From assembly GCA_965248195.1 (NCBI GenBank), contig CBDFIQ010000001.1, positions 576,001-640,000 on the forward strand: a DNA stretch of 64,000 bases, given 5' to 3'. Source of the stretch: Longimicrobiales bacterium (GTDB taxonomy: Bacteria > Gemmatimonadota > Gemmatimonadetes > Longimicrobiales > Gaopeijiaceae). How positions within the stretch are numbered: the stretch's first letter is position 1; every line of letters starts with the position of its first letter. The notes beneath the pieces were generated by a model. The model ran no database searches. It worked only from the letters and a program-made list of their open reading frames with translations, and was not told the DNA's origin. Shown here piece by piece: positions 57,609 to 64,000 of this stretch. Position numbers and translations under genes: made by a program.

Positions 57609-59234
57609 CTACTTCGGCCCCGCAGCCCCCACCCCGTCCTCGACCTGCGCCTCGAACCGGCCGAAGTTCTCCTTGAACATCGGTGCCAGCTTCTCGGCCG
57701 CCGCGTCGTAGTCCGCGCCGTTTCCCCAGGTGTCACGCGGGTTCAGGATCTCGGGAGGCACATCTGGGACCTCGGCCGGAACGTGCAGCCCGAAGAACGG
57801 ATCGGCCGTGGCCGCGACATCATCCAGACCACCGGCCAGGGCCGCCCTCACCATCGCTCTCGTATAAGAGAGCTTCATGCGGCTGCCTACGCCGTACCCG
57901 CCACCGCTCCATCCGGTGTTCACCAACCAGACATTCGACCCGTGCTCTCGCAGCCGCTCGCCCAGCATCTTCGCGTATACCCCAGGATGACGGGGTAGAA
58001 AGGGCGCGCCGAAACAGGCGCTGAACGTCGCCTCGGGCTCCGTAACGCCACGTTCCGTTCCGGCCACCTTCGCCGTGTACCCGGACAGAAAGTGGTACAT
58101 GGCCTGCTCGGGGGTCAGCTTGGAGATCGGAGGCAGCACGCCGAAGGCGTCCGCGGTCAGGAAAACGACGTTCTTCGGATGGTCACCCCGGCTCGGAATG
58201 ACCGCGTTCGGGATGTAGTGAAGGGGGTACGAAGCCCTCGTGTTCTGGGTGATGGTCGCGTCTTCGAAGTCGATCTCTGCGGTCCCTTCCCGTAAAACCA
58301 CGTTTTCCAGGATCGTTCCGAACATCTGCGTCGCACGATAGATCTCCGGCTCGCTCTCGAGGGAGAGCCGGATGGTCTTCGCGTAACACCCTCCCTCGAA
58401 GTTGAACACCCCGCCATCACCCCATCCGTGCTCGTCGTCTCCGATCAGGCTACGCTCCGGGTCGGCCGACAGCGTGGTCTTGCCCGTGCCGGAGAGGCCG
58501 AAAAAGAGCGCGGTGTCCCCGTCCGGGCCGATGTTGGCGGAGCAGTGCATCGGTAGAACACCCTGATCGGGAAGCATGTAATTCATTACCGTGAAGATCG
58601 ACTTCTTGACCTCTCCGGTGTAGTTGGACCCACCGATCAGGACCTGGCGCTCCTTGAAGTTGATCACGATGAAGGTACCCGAGGCCGTCCCGTGTTTTCT
58701 CGGATCGGCTTGGAACCCCGGCGCGTGCAGCACCGTGAATTCGGGCTGGAAAGCGGCTAACTCATCGGGTGTGGGCCGGAGGAACATGTTGTAGGCGAAC
58801 AGGTTGTGCCACGCTTTGTGATTCACGACCCGGACGTTCAGCACGTGATTGGGATCGGCGCCGGCCCGGGCGTCTCGAACGAACAGTTCCTGCCCATCCA
58901 AGAACGCGATGACCTCCTCACGGAGCGCGTAGAAGTGCTCCTCGCTCAGGGGCACGCCAACGGAATCCCAATCCACGGTGTCTCCGGTCAGCGTTTCCCT
59001 CACGAAGAATCTGTCGCCCGGGGAGCGCCCGGTGTGAGGACTGGTGATGGCAGCGAAGGCACCCATGTGGGCGAGCCGACCTTCGCCCCGCTCCAACGCT
59101 CTCTCATAAAGTTGAACGGGCGAGAGATTCCAGTGCACGGCTTTCCGGGGCTCGAGCCCGTGCATATCCAATCCGGCAACGGTCCCGGCGCCTGACCCGG
59201 TCACTTCCACTCTACCCTCCGTTTTCGTAGCCAT
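57609..59234 (-). CDS. pckA: phosphoenolpyruvate carboxykinase (ATP)
   Basis: HTGRSP, MHCSAN, GLSGTGKTTLS, IGDDEHGW, NFEGGCYAK. Confidence 0.96.
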   Translation of the reverse strand: MATKTEGRVEVTGSGAGTVAGLDMHGLEPRKAVHWNLSPVQLYERALERGEGRLAHMGAFAAITSPHTGRSPGDRFFVRETLTGDTVDWDSVGVPLSEEHFYALREEVIAFLDGQELFVRDARAGADPNHVLNVRVVNHKAWHNLFAYNMFLRPTPDELAAFQPEFTVLHAPGFQADPRKHGTASGTFIVINFKERQVLIGGSNYTGEVKKSIFTVMNYMLPDQGVLPMHCSANIGPDGDTALFFGLSGTGKTTLSADPERSLIGDDEHGWGDGGVFNFEGGCYAKTIRLSLESEPEIYRATQMFGTILENVVLREGTAEIDFEDATITQNTRASYPLHYIPNAVIPSRGDHPKNVVFLTADAFGVLPPISKLTPEQAMYHFLSGYTAKVAGTERGVTEPEATFSACFGAPFLPRHPGVYAKMLGERLREHGSNVWLVNTGWSGGGYGVGSRMKLSYTRAMVRAALAGGLDDVAATADPFFGLHVPAEVPDVPPEILNPRDTWGNGADYDAAAEKLAPMFKENFGRFEAQVEDGVGAAGPK

Positions 59235-59247
59235 ATGTCCCCAGATA

Positions 59248-61515
59248 CTAGGGTTGCGTTGAACCCACCTGCGCATCCACCGATGCGAGTGTCACCAGGT
59301 TCACAATATCCTGGACCGTGGATCCCCGCTGGAGGAAATGCACGGGATGCCTCATTCCCAGGAGGACGGGTCCGATCACCTCGGCTCCTCCCAGCTCAGC
59401 CAACAGCTTGTAGGCTGAATTGGCCGCCGCGAGGCCTGAGAAGATGAGCACGTTTGCGGCTCTTTTCAGGTCGCTGAAAGCGTATTGCGACCGCAGGATC
59501 TCCGTATTCAGAGCTGAATCGGCCTGCATCTCTCCGTCGATCTCGATATCGGGCCGAAGCTGCTTTACCTTCATCACGGCTTCCTGAACTTTCCGCGCCT
59601 GGGGATGCCGAACAGATCCGAAGTTCGAAAAAGACAGCATCGCTATCCGTGGGACGATGCCCAGCTTCTCCACGAAGCCGGCCGTGAGCAACGCGATATC
59701 CGTCAACGTATCCGCGTCCGGATCGATGTTCACAGCAGTATCACCGAAAAAGAGCAATTCCCGATCCCGTAGCGCCACCATGTACATGCCGGCCACCCTA
59801 CGCACTCCATCCGCCCGTCCAATGACCTCCAACGCCGGCCGGATGGCCTCAGAATAGTGTGACTCGATCCCTCCTACCATGGCGTCGGCATCACCGCAAC
59901 GGACCATCATGCCGGCGAAGTAGTTCAGCTGGTACATCCTCGAGCGTGCCTCGGCGCGCGTGAGACCTTTCCGTTTCCGGGACGCATATAACGCTTCGGC
60001 ATACTCGTGCCGTACTTCCTCGCTCACGATGGGGTGGACGATCTGCACACCCCCCAGGTCCAGGCCGTGCAGTTCGGCGATCTGGTTGACCTTAACCTCA
60101 CGTCCGATGAGCACCGGCGCGGCAATGCCCTCTTCCACGATCTCCTGGGCCGCGCGGATCACTCGTTCATTGTAACCATCGGTCAAGACCACTTTCATCG
60201 GACGCTTACGTGCCCGGGCGATCAAGCCCCTCATCACCTCTCCGCCGGGGCCCAGGCTCGCCTTGAGCCGATCCTCGTACGGCTCCACGTCGATGCTCAC
60301 GCGGGCGACGCCCGAATCCATCGCCGCCTTCGCCACAGCGGGAGCCACGTAGAGAAGGATTCTGGAGTCGAACGGCTTGGGGATCAGGTAGTCGGGGCCG
60401 AACTCGAAGACCTCTCCGCCATAGGCGGCGGCCACCGACGGGGGGACGGTAGCCTTCGCCAATTCGGCCAGGGCCCGGGTGGCGGCAATCATCATCTCGG
60501 GGTTGATGGCACGCGCACGAACATCCAGGGCGCCCCTAAAGAGGAACGGGAAGCCCAGAACGTTGTTGACCTGATTCGGATAATCGGAGCGCCCGGTAGC
60601 CATAATGACGTCATCCCTGACCTCAGCGACCTCTTCCGGCGTGATCTCCGGATCGGGATTGGCCAACGCGAATACGATCGGACGGTGGGCCATCGAGGCG
60701 ACCATCTCCTTCGTGACGAGTCCCCCGACGGACAGCCCTACCAACACGTCGGCGCCCTCCATCGCCTCTGCCAACGTGCGCCGGTCGGTGGAGGCCGCGA
60801 AGCGCGCCTTGTACTCGTTCATCCCCTCCTCACGGCCCGCGTAGATCACACCCTTGCTGTCGACAAAAAGTAGATGGTCGCGTGCAACGCCCATCCGGGT
60901 GAAGTGTTCGGCGGTCGAAAGCGCCGACGCGCCAGCACCGCTGAATACGACCCGTACTTTCGATGCCTTCTTGCCGGCGATTTCCAACGCATTCAGCAGC
61001 GCAGCAGCTGCGATGATCGCCGTGCCGTGTTGATCGTCGTGGAACACCGGTATATCGAGAGATTCCTGGAGGCGCTTCTCGATCACGAAGCAGTCGGGCG
61101 CCTTGATGTCTTCGAGATTGATCCCACCGACCGTAGGCTCGAGAAGCTCGCAAAAGCGGATGACGTCCTCCGGGTCCTCAGATCCGACTTCGAGATCGAA
61201 CACATCGATGCCGGCGAATTTCTTGAAGAGCACCCCCTTACCCTCCATGACCGGCTTCGACGCGCTCGGACCGATGTTCCCCAAACCCAGTACCGCCGTG
61301 CCATTCGACACGACCGCGACCAAATTTCCCCGTGCTGTGTACTTGAACACCGCGTCCGGCTCATCGTGAATTGCAAGACAGGGGGCCGCCACTCCTGGAC
61401 TATATGCGAGCGACAACTCTCTCTGCGTATTGAGCGCTTTGGTGGGAATGACCTCGATCTTCCCGGGGCGGCCCGTGGTGTGGTACTCGAGGGCCGCTTT
61501 GCTACGAGCGTCCAT
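59248..61515 (-). CDS. maeB: NADP-dependent malic enzyme with phosphotransacetylase-like domain
   Basis: LSLAYSPGVA, KPVMEGK, NLEDI, HDDQHGTA, ATGRSDYPNQVNN, DGEMQAD. Confidence 0.95.
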   Translation of the reverse strand: MDARSKAALEYHTTGRPGKIEVIPTKALNTQRELSLAYSPGVAAPCLAIHDEPDAVFKYTARGNLVAVVSNGTAVLGLGNIGPSASKPVMEGKGVLFKKFAGIDVFDLEVGSEDPEDVIRFCELLEPTVGGINLEDIKAPDCFVIEKRLQESLDIPVFHDDQHGTAIIAAAALLNALEIAGKKASKVRVVFSGAGASALSTAEHFTRMGVARDHLLFVDSKGVIYAGREEGMNEYKARFAASTDRRTLAEAMEGADVLVGLSVGGLVTKEMVASMAHRPIVFALANPDPEITPEEVAEVRDDVIMATGRSDYPNQVNNVLGFPFLFRGALDVRARAINPEMMIAATRALAELAKATVPPSVAAAYGGEVFEFGPDYLIPKPFDSRILLYVAPAVAKAAMDSGVARVSIDVEPYEDRLKASLGPGGEVMRGLIARARKRPMKVVLTDGYNERVIRAAQEIVEEGIAAPVLIGREVKVNQIAELHGLDLGGVQIVHPIVSEEVRHEYAEALYASRKRKGLTRAEARSRMYQLNYFAGMMVRCGDADAMVGGIESHYSEAIRPALEVIGRADGVRRVAGMYMVALRDRELLFFGDTAVNIDPDADTLTDIALLTAGFVEKLGIVPRIAMLSFSNFGSVRHPQARKVQEAVMKVKQLRPDIEIDGEMQADSALNTEILRSQYAFSDLKRAANVLIFSGLAAANSAYKLLAELGGAEVIGPVLLGMRHPVHFLQRGSTVQDIVNLVTLASVDAQVGSTQP

Positions 61516-61587
61516 TTGGAAGCCTCGCGGAGAGGGGGATGGGTTAGCTTGGAAAGTTAGTGTGTCGATCGCCTGACCAGAGAGTTG

Positions 61588-63381
61588 ATGGCCGTTTCTC
61601 CCACAAATACGTTAACGCTACTTGCCCTGCTCGGTACCACTTCGGCTACGGCGCTCGCCGGCCAAGTGTGCCCCCAAGGGGAGGTCTCGGCCGTCCTGGT
61701 AACACCCCATTCCTACTTCGAAACGGGCGATGCCACGGACGGGGGCACCCTTTCGTGGTTCTATGGATTCGCTAACGCGATCCACGCCGACACGAACGAG
61801 GACTTCGTCAGGGGCGAACTCCTCCTGGGAGTCGGCGATTGCTACGACCCGTTTCTGGTAGACGAATCCGAGCGGCTCTTACGACAGCTGGGCTTCATCG
61901 ACCGAGCAGAGGTTACCAGTGCACCCCAGCCGGACGGATCCGAACACATCATCGTCGAAACCTGGAACCGTTGGACTCTCCAATTCGAGCCGCGTGTCCG
62001 GTTCGAAGAGGGGTTTGAGTTCGCCGGGATCGACATCACCGAAAAGAACGTGCTTGGAAGAGGCGTCGTGCTCCGGGGTTTTTTCCGCCAAAATCGGGAG
62101 CGCCTCGCTGTCGGAGGAAGGTTCGAGACCCCCCGCCTCCTCGGCACTCGTTGGAATGCCCTGCTTGAAGCCGCCCGCACGCGAGCCGGGAACTCCTTCC
62201 AACAAGGCTTCATCTACCCCTTTGTCGGAGAGGTCGGCCGATATGCGGCGGTACAGTCGTTCGTCCGGCAAGAGGACCTCTTCTCCTACAACCTTCCCGC
62301 GGGAGGGAGCTTCACGCACGTGGTGCAGCCCTACCGGCGAAGGTCGAGCGAGATCACGGTGGCGGGTCGGGTCGGACGCCCGGGACGGCTCAGTATCCTC
62401 GGCGTGGGACTCTCGAGGGAGGAGTGGGAATACACCACCTTCACGGAGGGGGCGGAGGTGGTCCGGGACCGCGATTTCGGAAACGCGGAGCCGGCGCCTC
62501 CCGAGATTTCTGCGATCTTGGCGCCACAGCTCCGTGATTACTCGACGACCCGCGTGAACCTGGTCCTCGCCCAGAGGAACCTTTCCTTTCGGCGGCGCGA
62601 CCGCCTGGACGCCCTCCGAGGCGTTCAAGACGTCCCGGTGGGCGGAGAGGTGGCGCTCGTTCTCGGTCGGAGCATCCCGTTTCTCGGATCGAGCGCCGCG
62701 AATGAGGACTCCGACTTCTTCGGTCGGATCCGTATCTTCGGTGGACTGGCTCCTGGACGCTGGGTGCTCGCGTCGGCAGTCAGCGTCGAAGGCCGGAAAA
62801 TCTTTGGCGGAGCCGAGAACGGATGGAAGGACGTACTGGGTGAGTTCGATATCTATTCCTACTGGCGCCCGTCGGAGACCTCACGGCACACCCTCTTCGC
62901 CCGGCTCTCCGGCGCCGGGGGCTGGTCCCTGACCGGTCCGTTTCAGTTGACGCTGGGGGGAGTATCCGGGCTGAGAGGCCACAGTGTGGATGACTTTCCG
63001 GGAGGAAGGCGCCTGGTCGCCACCCTGGAGGATCGCATCTATTTCGGGTCTCCGAGCGACGGCTTCATGGATCTGGGAATGACCGCCTTCGTCGACGTGG
63101 GATCGATTTGGGAGGGGGGTGTCCCCTTTGGAGCAGATTCCGGCCCTCTGGCGACGGCCGGCGCCGGGCTGAGGATCGGGTTTCCGGGCGGAACCGGAGG
63201 CGTAGTCCGGATCGACGTCGCGTTCCCGCTCAACGGTTCTGACGCGTTCGGCGGACCCACGTTTCGCACCTCGGCCGAGTTGCTCGGCCTGATACGTGGG
63301 GTCGAGGACCGGCAGCTACGTCGGAGCCGCCGACCCGGTATCGGCCCAGGTATTCTCCCCGATCCTTCGGTGGGCCGGTAG
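61588..63381 (+). CDS. Omp85/BamA-TamA family outer-membrane protein with one POTRA-like domain
   Basis: Signal peptide; ESERLLR, EKNVLGRG, LGGVSGLRGH, amphipathic beta strands. Confidence 0.75.
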   Translation: MAVSPTNTLTLLALLGTTSATALAGQVCPQGEVSAVLVTPHSYFETGDATDGGTLSWFYGFANAIHADTNEDFVRGELLLGVGDCYDPFLVDESERLLRQLGFIDRAEVTSAPQPDGSEHIIVETWNRWTLQFEPRVRFEEGFEFAGIDITEKNVLGRGVVLRGFFRQNRERLAVGGRFETPRLLGTRWNALLEAARTRAGNSFQQGFIYPFVGEVGRYAAVQSFVRQEDLFSYNLPAGGSFTHVVQPYRRRSSEITVAGRVGRPGRLSILGVGLSREEWEYTTFTEGAEVVRDRDFGNAEPAPPEISAILAPQLRDYSTTRVNLVLAQRNLSFRRRDRLDALRGVQDVPVGGEVALVLGRSIPFLGSSAANEDSDFFGRIRIFGGLAPGRWVLASAVSVEGRKIFGGAENGWKDVLGEFDIYSYWRPSETSRHTLFARLSGAGGWSLTGPFQLTLGGVSGLRGHSVDDFPGGRRLVATLEDRIYFGSPSDGFMDLGMTAFVDVGSIWEGGVPFGADSGPLATAGAGLRIGFPGGTGGVVRIDVAFPLNGSDAFGGPTFRTSAELLGLIRGVEDRQLRRSRRPGIGPGILPDPSVGR

Positions 63382-63390
63382 GCCAGGCCT

Positions 63391-63453
63391 TTGACGGCGG
63401 AAACAAAAGTTTTAGTTTAGCTTCCCTTCGCTATTTAGAACTAAACACTTGTT
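63391..63453 (+). promoter_or_regulatory. putative sigma-70 promoter overlapped by an AT-rich imperfect inverted repeat
   Basis: TTGACG-N16-TAGTTT; aacaaaagttttagtt...aactaaacacttgtt. Confidence 0.4.
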
Positions 63454-63551
63454 CCCCTGCCTCGTGAGTAGGTAGCGTTATCGTGCAGTGTTTACAGATT
63501 GGTCGCTGTTAGAGACACCTCATTACCTTCAAGACGAGGCGCCCAGCACGA

Positions 63552-64000
63552 ATGTTTTCAACTTCCCGAGGCCTGGACTCATTCGACCAGTATCTGCAAG
63601 ACGTCGAGAAATACCCCCTCATTCAGGATCCGGCGGAGGAACGGGCACTCGCACATCGAGCCCGATCCGGAGACAAAGAGGCCGCTGAGCGACTCGTTAC
63701 CGCTAATCTCCGGTTCGTTATTTCTTATGTGAAGAAATACCAGGGCCGTGGCTTGGGACTCGCCGAGCTCGTGTGCATAGGCAACGAAGGGCTGCTGAAG
63801 GCGGTCAAGAAGTTCGACCCCGACAAGGGTGTCAAATTTATTTCGTACGCAGTCTGGTGGATCCGCCAAACCGTACTCCAAGCCCTGGCGGAGCAAACTC
63901 GCTCAGTTCGGATCCCGCTAAATCAGAACTCCAACCTCGCCAAGCTCGCCCGAATCGATACCGCCCTCACACAACAGCTCGGCCGCTCCCCGACCATCCA
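63552..64000 (+). CDS. second RpoD/SigA-like sigma-70 paralogue (truncated by the window edge)
   Basis: Manual translation MFSTSRGLDSFDQYLQDVEKYP...ANLRFVISYVKKYQGRG...KFISYAVWWIRQ. Not in the ORF track. Confidence 0.9.
   Translation, partial: MFSTSRGLDSFDQYLQDVEKYPLIQDPAEERALAHRARSGDKEAAERLVTANLRFVISYVKKYQGRGLGLAELVCIGNEGLLKAVKKFDPDKGVKFISYAVWWIRQTVLQALAEQTRSVRIPLNQNSNLAKLARIDTALTQQLGRSPTI

Noticed and set aside
1..64000. tRNA, rRNA, prophage or canonical defence systems
   Set aside because: None recognised by eye; a covariance-model and HMM scan is needed to exclude them formally.

Overview
GC-rich bacterial chromosomal window of about 50 genes. The gene content (two short RpoD-like sigma factors without region 1.1, DUF2723, many exported enzymes) suggests a Gemmatimonadota-like organism; this is inference. 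Housekeeping and metabolic genes include trpE, rsgA, apt, ppdK, pckA, maeB, a class I fumarase and a B12/iron-type ABC transporter. The left end carries a probable itaconate/mesaconate (C5-dicarboxylate) catabolic cluster. Two different complete IS256-family elements have target-site duplications; one splits an sbcD-like gene. No CRISPR array, tRNA or rRNA was seen. Most notable: (1) a ~305-bp non-coding, highly structured dispersed element in two full copies plus one solo end, with compensatory base changes; (2) a 'ghost' methylthioadenosine-salvage operon, where only apt is intact and is flanked by an mtnP remnant and a 59-codon in-frame mtnA::aldolase/SDR chimera missing from the ORF track; (3) a membrane protein + SbcD-like + SbcC-like operon in which the catalytic motifs of both partners are degenerate; (4) a shared three-copy RBS/subterminal motif layout in both IS256 elements. 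All family assignments come from motif recognition by eye; no searches were run.
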